Shown here in pieces: positions 1 through 11,269 of a DNA stretch of 64,000 nucleotides (positions are counted from its first letter, which is position 1; each line of letters opens with the position of its first letter). Below the pieces are notes generated by a model, which was not told where the DNA came from, did no database searches, and worked only from the letters and a program-made list of their open reading frames with translations. Position numbers and translations under genes: made by a program. This DNA is from the human T2T-CHM13v2.0 reference genome, Homo sapiens, in NCBI RefSeq assembly GCF_009914755.1, contig NC_060947.1, one strand, 5' to 3'.

Positions 1-352
1 GGTGGGGCCATTTTATAGGATTTGGGAAGGTAATGGAAAATTACAGTCAAAGGGGGTTGTTCTCTGGTGGGCAGGGGTGGATCTCACAAGGTACATTCTC
101 AAGGGTGGGGAGAATTACAAAGAACCTTCTTAAGGGTGGGGGAGACTACAAAGTACCTTCTTAAGGGTGGGGGAGATTACAAAGTACATTGATCAGTTAG
201 GGTGGGGCAGGAACAAATCACAATGGTGGAATGTCATCAGTTAAGGCTGTTTTTACTTCTTTTGTGGATCTTCAGTTACTTCAGGCCATCTGGATGTATA
301 CATGCAAGTCACAGGGGATGCGATGGCCTGGCCTGGGCTTAGAGGCCTGACA
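1..352 (-). mobile_element. 3' LTR (LTR7Y-like), partial
   Basis: The minus strand begins TGTCAGGCCTCT at 352. It matches 4353-4673 apart from 4 substitutions and one 31-bp repeat unit. Confidence 0.93.
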
Positions 353-365
353 TTCCTGCCTTCTT
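353..365 (-). other. Polypurine tract
   Basis: Minus-strand AAGAAGGCAGGAA directly abuts the TG start of the 3' LTR. Confidence 0.9.
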
Positions 366-1291
366 ATATTAATAAGACAAATAAAACAAAATAGTGTTGA
401 AGTGTTGGAGTGGCAAAAATTTTTGGGGGGTGGTATGGAGAGAGAATGGACGATGTTTCTCAGGGCTGCTTCAAGCGGGATTAGGGGCGGCGTGGGAACA
501 TAGAGTGGGAGAGATTAAGCTGAAGGAAGATTTCGTGGTAAGGGGTGATATTGTGGGGTTGTTAGAAGAAACATTTGTTGTGTAGAATTATTGGTGATGG
601 CCTGGATACAGTTTTGTATGAATTGAAAAACTAAATGGAATAAGAGAAGGAGAAAAACAGGTATAAAAGGTCTAAGAATTGGGACGACTCAGGACATCTG
701 ATTAGAGAGTGCCTAAGGAGATTCAGCATAGCCCTGCCAGCAAAGATTATTTATTTACTTCAAGAGTTAAGAATGGCAGTTTGGGGATAGCACGAGGCAA
801 GCGTGATCAGGGTGAGGAACAGGAAAGAAGAAAATATGGGGAAATGGGGTGAATATCAGGTGGATCAGAGAGATACAGTCATGAGGGTCAGGTGTGGTAT
901 CCGGAATAATGTGGGAGGCCGGATTAAAGTCCGGGCCAGGAACAATGGTAATTGTGGGAGACTCAACAAAGAGTGAGTATAGCTGAAGGAGCCAGGGAGC
1001 AGAAAGTATATATGTCAGGTGTGAGGAAGAAAATAGATTTTGGAAATTATGAGAGCTGTAGAGAGTGAGTTGAGCATAGTTTGTGATTTTTAGGGCCTCT
1101 AACAGTATTAAAGCAGTGGCAGCCGCTGCACGCAGACATGAGGGCTAGGCTAAAACAGTAAGGTCAAGTTGTTTGGACAGAAAGGCTACACGGTGTGGTC
1201 CTGGCTCTTGTGTAAGAATTCTGACCGCACTAACCATGCTAGGAAGGAAAGGAGTTGTTCTTTTGTAAGGGATTGAGGTTTGGGAGATTAA

Positions 1292-1849
1292 TCAGACACG
1301 ATCAGCCAGGAGAGCATGTGTGTTTTTATAAGAATTATGCCGAGATAGGTAACAGATGAGGATGAAATTTGGGCTTGACTGAAGTAATGGGGCTGTCTGT
1401 GAAGCCTTGCAGCAGTACAGCCCCGGTAATTTGCTGAGCCTAATGGGTGTCAGGGTCAGTCTAAGTGAAGGCAAAGAGAGGCTGGGATGAAGGGTGCAAA
1501 GGAATAGTAAAGAAAGCATGTTTGAGATCCAGAACAGAATAATGGGTAGTAGAGGGAGGTATTGAGGATAGGAGAGTATATGGGTTTGGCACCACGGGGT
1601 GGATAGGCAAAACAATTTGGCTGATAAGGCACAGATTCTGAACTTGTAAGCCTTGTCTGGTTTTAGGACAGGTAAAATGGGGGAATGGTAAGGAGAGTTT
1701 ATAGGTTTTAGAAGCCCGTGCTGTAGCAGGCGAGTGATCACAGGCTTTAATCCTTTTAAAGCGTGCTGTGGGATAGGATATTGGCATTGAGGGGGGTAAG
1801 GGTGATTAGGTTTTAATGAGATGGTAAGGGGTGCGTGATCAGTCGCCAA
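1292..1849 (-). pseudogene. HERV-H pol (reverse transcriptase) remnant, frameshifted
   Basis: ORFs 1292-1849 and 1461-1787 give QYPIPQHALKGLKPVI...SPYHSPILPVLKPD and VLDLKHAFFTIPLHP in different frames. No YxDD motif is visible. Confidence 0.9.
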
Positions 1850-1867
1850 GGAGGGAGTAGAGGTCTC

Positions 1868-2235
1868 TTATACTTGTGGGTTAAGGTGGGGGAATACAAG
1901 AGGAGGACGCAAAGGAGGCTTTGGATTGGGAAGAAGGGCAGCAATGAGATGCGGCTGTAGTCCAGGAATAGTCAGGGAAGCAAATAATTTGGTTAAAATA
2001 TCTCGGCCTAATAAGGGAACTGGGCAGGTGGGGATAACTAAAAAAGAGTGCATAAAAGAGTATTGTCTAAGTTGGCACCAGAGTTGGGGAGTTTTAAGAG
2101 GTTTAGAAGCCTGGCTGTCAATACCCACAACAGTTATGGAGGCAAGGGAAACAGGCCCTTGAAAAAAGGTAATGTGGAGTGGGTAGCCTCCGTATTGATT
2201 AAGAAGGGGACGGGCTTACCTTCCACTGTGAGTTA
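1868..2235 (-). pseudogene. HERV-H protease remnant
   Basis: HSFLVIPTCPVPLLGRDIL is the C-terminal motif of a retroviral aspartic protease. Confidence 0.85.
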
Positions 2236-2304
2236 CCGGAAGCTCGGCGTCTGTGATGGTCTACGGGGCTTCCGAGGCGATCAGGCAGCATCAGTCTTCA
2301 GCCA

Positions 2305-2631
2305 CTAAGCCGAGAAGGAGTCAGTCAGAGAGCCTTGGGCCAGAGTTCCAGGGGCTCTGAGAGTGGCTGCCAGGTGAGCTGAACAGTCCAATTTCCAGTG
2401 GGGTCCCGCACAGATGGGACACGGCTTAGGAGGAATCCTGGGCTGCAGGCATTCCTTGGCCTGGTGGTCAGATTTCTGGCACTTGTAGCAAGCTCCTGGG
2501 GAAGGAGGTTCTGGAGGAACGCCTGGCCGCTGCGGTTCAGGCGTTTGGAAGTTCTTGTGTGCTGGAGATGTGGCTGGGGTTTGTCTCACAGTGGAGGCAA
2601 GGAATTGCAACTTTTTTCTATTATTGTACAC
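2305..2631 (-). pseudogene. HERV-H gag nucleocapsid remnant
   Basis: Two CCHC knuckles: CYKCQKSDHQAKEC and CPICAGPHWKLDC. Confidence 0.9.
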
Positions 2632-4078
2632 CTTGAAGGCGAGGTTAATTAAATCCTGTTGTGGGGTTTGAGGGCCGGAATTTAATTTTTGGAGTTTTAT
2701 TTAATGTCGGGAGCAGATTGGGTAATAAAATGTATATTGAGAATAAGATGGCCTTTTGACCTTTTAGGGTCTAGGGCTGTAAAGCGTCTCAGGGTTGCTG
2801 CCGAACAAGTCATGAACTGGGCTGCGTTTTTATATTTGATAAAAAAGAGCCTAAACGCTATCTGATTTGGGATAAAGAAAAAGGAGCATTAACCTTGACT
2901 ATGCCTTTGGCTCCAGCCACCTTTTTAAGAGTAAATTGCTGGGCAGGTGGGGGAGGGCTAGTCACGGAACAAAACTGTAAGCCCGACCAGGTGTGAGGAG
3001 GGGAGGCGATAAAAAGATTACAGGGTGGAGGAGCAGAGGCTGAGGAAGAATTGGGACCTAGCTTGGGCTGGCGAGGAGGGGAGAGGTCAGATGGGTCTGT
3101 AGAAAAGGAAGATTAGAAAGACTCAGCAACGCTTGGGGTTGGGACTGAGGGGACAGGTGGGAGGGAAAGAAGGAAGATTTGGGATGAGTTGCACTGGGCA
3201 CAGAGACTAGGAAGGGACTGATGTGTAAAGGAATGCCTGGACTTCAGGCACCTCAGACCATTTGCCCATTTTACGACAAGAATTATTTAGATCTTGTAGG
3301 ATGGAGAAATTGAAAGTGCCGTTTTCTGGCTATTTGGAACTACTGTCGAGCTTGTATTGGAGTCAAGCGGCATTGCAGAAGAAAATAAGGCATTTAGGTT
3401 TTAGGTCAGGTGTGAGTTGAAGAGGTTTTAAGTTTTTGAGAACATAGGCTAAGGGAGAAGAAGGAGGAATGGAAGGTGGAAGCTTACCCATAGTGAAGGA
3501 GGCAAGCCCAGAAAAAAGAGTAGAGACACGGAGAAGGGGTGGGGGGTTCTTGCCCTTCAGAAAAGCAGAGAAGGGGTTGGGGCACGGAAATAAGGGATTG
3601 GGGCACAGAGATAAGAGGTCAGGGTGCAGAAATAAGGGATTGGGGCGCAGAGATAAGAGGTTGGGGTGTGGAAATAAGCAATTGGGGGTTTCTTGCCCCC
3701 TAGGAAAGTGGGACTTGCCGCTAAGGGTGAAGGAGAAGGGGTTGGGGTACTTGCCCCTGCCCCAGGAAAGCGGGACTTGCCGCTAAGGGTGAAGGACCAA
3801 GGCAGGCGTCCCTGCGTGGTCTGACACCCTTGAAACGTGAGTGTATAATCAGAGAGGTGTCCCTGCAATGATTAAACACCAAGGGAAGGCTGCCTTCCCA
3901 GTCCGTGACCGGCGCCGGAGTTTTGGGTTCACGGATAAAACATGTCTCTTTTGTCTCTACCAGAAAATGAAAGGAATTGAAATTAAGAGAAGGGAGAGAT
4001 TGAAGTGTGGCGCCAAGATTGAAAGGAGAAAGAGGTTGAGGGATAGTGAGGGAGGTTGGAGAAGAGAGTAAAAAGAGG

Positions 4079-4090
4079 CCGCTTACCGGA
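4079..4090 (-). promoter_or_regulatory. HERV-H major splice donor
   Basis: Minus-strand TCCG|GTAAGC with the exon ending at 4087, about 125 nt downstream of the PBS. Confidence 0.75.
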
Positions 4091-4212
4091 TTTGAAATTG
4101 GTGAGATGTTTCTTGGGCTGGTCGGTCTGAGGACCTGAGGTCGTAGGTGGATCTTTCTCACGGAGCAAAGAGCAGGAGGACAGGGGATTGATCTCCCAAG
4201 GGAGGTCCCCCG

Positions 4213-4230
4213 ATCCGAGTCACGGCACCA
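4213..4230 (-). other. Primer binding site, tRNA-His
   Basis: Minus-strand TGGTGCCGTGACTCGGAT is complementary to the 3' 18 nt of tRNA-His(GUG) and lies 2 nt from the LTR end. Confidence 0.95.
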
Positions 4231-4232
4231 AA

Positions 4233-4673
4233 TTTCATGCGTGTCCGTGTGAAGAGACCACCAAACAAGCTTTGTGTGAGCAACATGGCTGTTTATTTCA
4301 CCTGGGTGCAGGTGGGCTGAGTCCGAAAAGAGAGTCAGCGAAGGGAGATAGGGGTGGGGCCATTTTATAGGATTTGGGAAGGTAATGGAAAATTACAGTC
4401 AAAGGGGGTTGTTCTCTGGTGGGCAGGGGTGGATCTCACAAAGTACATTCTCAAGGGTGGGGAGAATTACAAAGAACCTTCTTAAGGGTGGGGGAGACTA
4501 CAAAGTACATTGATCAGTTAGGGTGGGGCAGGAACCAATCACAATGGTGGAATGTCATCAGTTAAGGCTGTTTTTACTTCTTTTGTGGATCTTCAGTTAC
4601 TTCAGGCCATCTGGATGTATACGTGCAAGTCACAGGGGATGCGATGGCCTGGCCTGGGCTCAGAGGCCTGACA
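4233..4673 (-). promoter_or_regulatory. 5' LTR (LTR7Y-like) promoter, transcribing leftward
   Basis: Termini TGTCAGG...ATGAAA; TATA-like CTATAAAA at 4363-4370; AATAAA in R; CCCCACCC (KLF-type) repeats. Confidence 0.92.
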
Positions 4674-5404
4674 CAATCCAGTCAAATATGCCAAACTAAT
4701 CTCAAACACACAGCTCTAAGTCTTCACATATACCATTCCCCTTATCCTGATTTCCCATTTATTTCCTTTATTTTTGTTTGCTTTCTTCAATATCCATCTC
4801 AAGTCACCTCTTCAAGGAAGGCTTTCCCCGTGAGTATCACCCAATTTTGCTCTTTTAGCTTAAGTTCCCCTCAGCAACCATGTAGTTGTAGCTTCTACAG
4901 CAGTACCCACTAAAATAGTTCTGTCTACCAGCTCCCTTGGAAAGTATTCCATTCCAAAACCCCCCTCCCATGCAAATGGTGAGTCTTTAGGAGAGGAATT
5001 CCATCTCTAGTCTATTTCAGCTTTCACCAACATTGGTCTTTCCAGTTTATAAACATTTCCCCCCAAATTAGGAGTAGCTTCTAATCCTGATTCATGACTT
5101 AAGATCCCACACAGTGAAGTAAATCTTTTGCTTCTACATTGCTCCTAAACACCAGAAATGTTTAGTTCCTGTGAAAAGAGGAGTTAACCAACTGTTTCTT
5201 AGAGGAAAATCTGTTCCTCCCAACTCCTTCTAATGAACTAACACATGTATTGCACAAGAAACTATGCAATATATTATGGTGGCAGCATACAAAAAAAAAA
5301 AAAGCTAGAGTTTCTGATGTTTGCATTCATGCTGGTGGGACTTCTTTACCTGGAGCAACTCTAGCATAGTTCAACAAATGAGACTTCAATGGACACTCTT
5401 TCAG

Positions 5405-5620
5405 AAGGCAGTATATAGCTGGGTGATTAAAAGCATGGGCTCAGGCATAACGTATACCTGGATTCAAATCCCACGTCTATAGCTTATGGACTGTGTTACA
5501 TTAGCCTCGATATGCTCATCTGCAGAATGGGGATAATAATAATTTCTACTTCGTAGGGTTGTTGTGAGGATAATATGAATCAATTCTTGGCAGTCAGTAG
5601 TTTATAAATGTTATTAATTA
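5405..5620 (+). mobile_element. MIR SINE
   Basis: MIR core ctcatctgcagaatggggataataat...agggttgttgtgagga. Confidence 0.7.
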
Positions 5621-6490
5621 TGATTGTTTCCCCTCATTCTTTCACATATGTAAGAGCCCTATCCTTCCTGTCTTGTGCTAAGCCATAGGAAATTCCACAA
5701 TTCGGGACATTTATGTGCCATAAGCCAAAAGAGGCAACAGTGATTAAGAGAATTAGGATGCCAGATAAAGCTAAAGGGTTCCATGTCTTTACAAATGGCA
5801 ACCATTAAGAGGTTTACTGGAATAGCTGCAGGACATGATGGCAAGAAAAATAACGTGTGACTGAGTCAGCTCGTTGGCCCATTTTCCCCTGCCTCCTCCT
5901 CCCTCTCCCACCCCCAACCCTCAACTTTAGTGAAGCCCAGTCTCAAGTAACCCTGGCCAGAGGCAGCAGGTGGTAACAACTAACCTTTAGCCAGAGTGAG
6001 TGCAGGGCCAAGAAAACAACACAGCTCTCTCTGGCAAAGGCAATTCCCAGATGTGCCCATAGAAAGATGTAATATTTGCTCACCACAAAGTCTGCAAGTT
6101 TACATTGCAAGGATTGATCTTTCAAGCTTGCAACATTTTGAATAAACCTGAGTGGGAGATTGAGTCATGAGTTTATTTTGTAATCAATAATTTCATGGAC
6201 AGATTTTATCCTTTCATTGCTTAATTTCTATCCTTGAGTCAATAACGGCCCCATATTTTGATCTCTGTGGTGACTTTCAATCAACTTTGGGGTTTCGCAG
6301 TTTTCATTCCAATGGGCTCACACTGCCAAAATGGATACTGTCATTCAATAAGGGGAAAACAGCTGTTTCCAGGCTCAGGCCTGGCCAGGAGATAAAGTAG
6401 TGCTGGTATCTGGTAAAAGGAAGTTATGCCTAGGTGGCATGTAAATAGTATTAGTACTTTTGAGCCATGGTCTCTAAATAAAATAGCATG

Positions 6491-6521
<31 letters not shown>

Positions 6522-6522
6522 T

Positions 6523-6970
6523 GGCCAGGCATGGTGGCTCATGCCTGTAATCCCAGCGCTTTGGGAGGCAGAGGCGGGCGGATGATCTGAAGTCAAGAGT
6601 TTGAGCCTGGCCAACATGGAGAAGCCACATCTCTACTAAAATAAATATAAATATATATATATAGAGAGCGAGCGCCTCATCTCTACTAAAATATATATAT
6701 TTATATATACATATATATTTATATATAAATAATATATATACACATATATATAAATAATATCTATACATATATATATAAATAATATCTATATACATATATA
6801 TTTATATATAAATTATATATATATATATAAAAGCCAGGCATGCCTATAATCCCAGCTACTCAGGAGGCTGAAGCACAAGAATCGCTTGAACTCAGGAGGC
6901 AGAAGCTGCAGTGAGCCAAGGTCCCACCACTGCACTCCAGCCTGGGTGACAGAGTGAGACTTCATCTAAA
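6523..6970 (+). mobile_element. Alu (AluS-like) with a ~190-bp (TA)n expansion in the central linker
   Basis: Left arm 6523-6642 and right arm 6832-6968 are separated by an AT microsatellite. Confidence 0.9.
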
Positions 6971-7174
6971 TATACATATACATATTCCATGCAATAGTTG
7001 TTGTCACATATTATTTATAAGGGTAATTTGATGGCTAAAAATGAACATAGATAGAATACATGTTCTAGGTAAGTTCATGTTCTATAACCTAGTTCTTAGG
7101 TTAACTGACTTTATTCCCCAGGCCTTTCATACAATTTTCATGTTCTGTCTCTTCTTCCTTTGAAATAAAAAACC

Positions 7175-7525
7175 TATTTTTTTAATTTAACATTTCATTA
7201 GTGACAATTATTTCAAACATATACAAAGTTAGAGAGACTTATATAATGAACTCCCATGCATTCATTGCCTAGTTTTAACAATCATCAATATTTTGCCATT
7301 CTTGTTTCATCTATCCAACCCTCTCCCTAGTTAAAATAAAGTTTTTTGGAGGGAATGAGCATTTTAAAGCAAATCCCAGACATTATGTCATTTCATTCAT
7401 AAATAGATCAGTATGTATCTCTAACAGATTGTTTTTCAAAACAGAATCACAATACCATTCTAACAAAATCAGCAATGATTTTCTAAAGTTAGTTAATACT
7501 TAGTCCAATTTCAATTTTTCCTGAT
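7175..7525 (-). mobile_element. Old L1M 3' fragment
   Basis: Degenerate L1MC/ME-like 3' UTR sequence. Confidence 0.55.
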
Positions 7526-8135
7526 TGACAAGTTCTGCCCCAGAAGAGACTTTTGAAATGAGGAACTGGAGGCAGAAAAATGTGACATGCCTTGCCCAAG
7601 ATCACAGAGCCAAGTAGTGAAAGAGCCATCCAGTAGTTCTTTTTACCTTCTCTACTTTTTTTGTTTTTGTTTTTGCTTTCTACTCTCCATTTACAGTCTC
7701 TGGTTGTCGTTCCTAGCTTTTTTTCCTTTCCATCTGATAAAACAGTTACCAGTTTCCATTTTAGGGTGAAAACAAACAACAATAAAAAATAGGATCATGA
7801 TGTTAGAAGTCATTGCTGCTCTATATGTTCTCAATGGAAGATTTGGCAGCAAATCAATGCCAGCGCTGATTGCTACCTGGCTTAGATGACTTTAGCAATC
7901 TCTTGTTCATATATTAAAGCTAATGGCATTCCCGTGTCTCTGTCTGTACGTGTTTGCTCTTCTGGCCGCACTGCTTCGGCATTTGGATACTTGGGAACTT
8001 TGCAAATACTTGCCCAAGATTCCAGCATTTCTTGAATCAGTGGCACACCCTGGCATATGCAAACAAGAACAACATTGTAGGGAGCAAGTCAAGTGCTCCA
8101 TAGAAGTACAAAGAGAATTAACAACTAAAACTCTT

Positions 8136-8471
8136 TTTCAAAAAACTTTTAGGTTCAGGGATACACATGAAGGTTTGTTACATAGGTAAACTCGTGTCAC
8201 GGGGGTTTGGTATACAAATCATTTCTACACCCAGGTACTAAGCCTAGTACCCAATAATTACTTTTTCTGATCTTCTCCTTCCTCCCACCCTCCACCCTCA
8301 AGTAGTCCCCAGTGTGTATTGTTCCCCTCTATGCGTCCATGAGTTGTCAACGTTTAGCTCCCACTTGTAAGTGAAAACGTGGTATTTGGTTTCCTGTTCC
8401 TGCATTAGTTTGCTAAGGATAATCGCCTCTATCTCCAACCATGTTCCCACAAAAGAATCTTGTTCTTTTTT
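8136..8471 (-). mobile_element. 5'-truncated old L1PA 3' end
   Basis: L1 3' UTR flanked by the 15-bp TSD acaactaaaactctt (8121-8135 and 8472-8486). Confidence 0.85.
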
Positions 8472-8804
8472 ACAACTAAAACTCTTAAAAGCAGCTGTGG
8501 ATTAGGGATTGCTAGATGATGTGTGAGTGGGCCCTAAGGACCAGCAGAATGACTCAGGAAAAGCAGGGCTGAACATACCCTGCAGGAGATCTATGGAAAG
8601 ATCAGTATAACTAGAGCCAACAATCCATGCTGGGAAAGGCCATGAGATTAAGAGAGGGCAGATTGTGGAGTGCCAGATGTGTTTAGCAGAGGAATTTACA
8701 TTTTTATACAAACTCCAAACAAACAAACACACAAATAAACAAACCACCAGGCCAACTTGTGATAAAATAGTTAGAAATGTAAATGAAAGTCCTATTAAAC
8801 CCTA

Positions 8805-10363
8805 GGCCAGTCTGGGCAAAATAGTGAGACTCCATCTAAAAAATATATAAATATAAATATAAATATAAATATATATGATCATGGTAGTGTGTCCAGAATT
8901 GGTGGGTTCTTGGTCTCACTGACTTCAAGAACGAAGCCGCAGACCCTCGCGGTGAGTGTTACAGTTCTTAAAGGCGGCGTGTCCAGAGTTTGTTCCTTCT
9001 GACGTTTGGATGTGTTCAGAGTTTCTTCTTTCTTCCTTCTGGTGGGTTCGTAGTCTCACTGGATCAGGAGTGAAACTGCAGACCTTCGTGGTGAGTGTTA
9101 CCGCTCATAAATGGAGTGTGAACCCAAAGAGTGAGCAGCAGCAAGATTCATCGTAAAGACCGAAAGAACAAACCTTCAACACTGTAGAATGGGACCCAAG
9201 CGCGTTACCGCTGCTGGCTCGGGCAGCCTTCTTTTATTCTCTTATATGGCCCCACCCACATCCTCCTGATTGGTCCATTTTACAGAGAGCCGATTGGTCT
9301 GTTTTACAGAGAGCTGATTGGTCTGTTTTGACAGGGTGCTGATTGGTGTGTTTACAATCCCTGAGCTAGACACAAAAGTTCTCCACCTCCCCACTAGATT
9401 AGCTAGATACAGAGTGTCCACACAAAGGTTCTCCAAGTCCCCACCAGAGTAGCTAGATACAGAGAGTAGATTGGTACATTCACAAACCCTGAGCTAGACA
9501 CAGGGTGCTGATTGGTGTGTTTACAAACCTTGAGCTAGATACAGAGTGCCGATTGGTGTATTTACAATCCCTTAGCTAGACATAAAGGTTCTCCAAGTCC
9601 CCACCAGACTCAGGAGCCCAGCTGGCTTCACCCAGTGGATCCCGCACAGGAGCCGCAGGTGGAGCTGCCTGCCAGTCCCGCGCCGTGCGCCCTCACTCCT
9701 CAGCCCTTGGGTGGTCGATGGGACTGGGCGCCTTGAAGCAGGGGGTGGCGCTCCTCCGGGAGGCTCGGGCAGCCCAGGAGCCCACGGAGGGCGGGGAGGC
9801 TCAGGCATGGCGGGCGGCAGGTTGCGAGCCCTGCCCCGCCGGGAGGCAGCTAAGGCCTGGCGGGAAATTGAGCACAGCAGCTGCTGGCCCAGGTGCTAAG
9901 CCCCTCACTGCTGGGGGCTTGCGGGCCGACTGGCCGCTCTGAGTGCGGGCCCGCTGAGCCCACGCCCACCTGGAACTCGCGCTGGCCCACAAGCCCAGCA
10001 AGCCCCACGCGCAGCCTGGGTTCCCGCCCGCGCCTCTCCCTCCACACCTCCCTGCAAGCTGAGGGAGCCGGCTCCGGCCTTGCGCAGCCCAGAAAGGGGA
10101 TCCCACAGTGCAGCGGCAGGCTGGATGGCTCCTCAAGCGTGGCCAGAGTGGGCGCCAAGGCTGAGGAGGCGCCGAGAGCAAGCTAGGGCTGCCAGGGCTG
10201 CCAGCAGGTTGTCTCCTCTCAGTAGCACAAGCCTGGAGGTGGGCAGATCAATTGAGGTTGAGAGGTCGAGGCTGCAGTGAGGCATGACTGCACCACAGCA
10301 CTCCAGTCTGAGTGACAGAGTGAGAGCCTGTCTCAAAAATAAATAAATAAATAAACAAACAAA
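8805..10363 (+). mobile_element. Degenerate AluJ-like element split by LTR12
   Basis: Alu sequence at 8805-8887 resumes at 10222-10363 and ends in an (AAAT/AAAC)n tail. Confidence 0.75.
8888..10221 (-). mobile_element. Solo LTR12 (ERV9 LTR)
   Basis: Minus-strand termini TGAGAGG...GGACACA, 4-bp TSD gtag (8884-8887 and 10222-10225), tandem U3 repeats with 7 CCAAT boxes, CpG-rich 5' part, and an AATAAAA TATA-like box near 9232-9238. Confidence 0.95.
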
Positions 10364-10576
10364 CCTCAGAGTTCAGTATCTTTTCATTGGAAGAATATCT
10401 CCATGAAATGTTTGTAAGATTTCAGCTTTTTGCTTCATTGTGGTATAACATATTTAACCTAAAAGAAATGCAGCTGTTATATTGGCCTGAAATAAACCTT
10501 GGGCCAACTGCTCAAAAGGCAGATCTGCCCACCTGGACAGGCTATGGGGTGGGCTCCAGCCAGCTTGGGGTGATGA

Positions 10577-10892
<316 letters not shown>

Positions 10893-11269
10893 AGATTTGG
10901 GCAATGCTTAGGTTCTTAGATTTTTGGTAGCAGTTGAAAAATCACTGACTAAAGGTGAGAAAGAAGAGGGCAAGCTGACTCCCTAACTGGTTGGAACATG
11001 AAAATTTGACAGAAACAATGCAAAGTTATATTCAAATTATCTTGCTGTCCTTCAGTTCCAAAGCCAAACTATGTCTCTGATCAGTCATTTCCCACCATTA
11101 CCAGTGAAGTTCTATTTGCGTTAGTGCAGTCCGATTATAATACATAATCAGGGAGAAATAGAGGCTTAAACAGCTTAACCCACTTACCACAAATGGTTGC
11201 TAGTCTACTTCTATTGAGGTCCAGAACTCAAAATTCTTGATTCCCTGTTCTTTCCACTTGTATAGTAAG

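Larger units (their letters stand above)
1..4673 (-). mobile_element. HERV-H provirus (LTR7Y-type LTRs), internally deleted; 3' LTR runs off the left edge of the window
   Basis: Two near-identical LTRs, a tRNA-His PBS, a polypurine tract, and gag zinc-knuckle, protease and RT remnants in the ORF track. Confidence 0.97.

Noticed and set aside
3570-3800. Tandem ~41-bp repeats and a longer duplicated block in the HERV-H leader
   Set aside because: As far as I recall, this is a standard feature of HERV-H internal sequence.
4213-4230. tRNA-His-matching sequence
   Set aside because: It is only the 18-nt PBS, not a tRNA gene.
9260-9610. Regularly spaced ~40-bp repeats resembling a CRISPR array
   Set aside because: These are the tandem U3 repeats of LTR12. 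There are no unique spacers or cas genes, and the DNA is eukaryotic.
9572-10336. Cluster of GC-rich ORFs and a CpG-island-like stretch suggesting a gene start
   Set aside because: It lies within LTR12 and the Alu. Overlapping ORFs in many frames reflect GC content.
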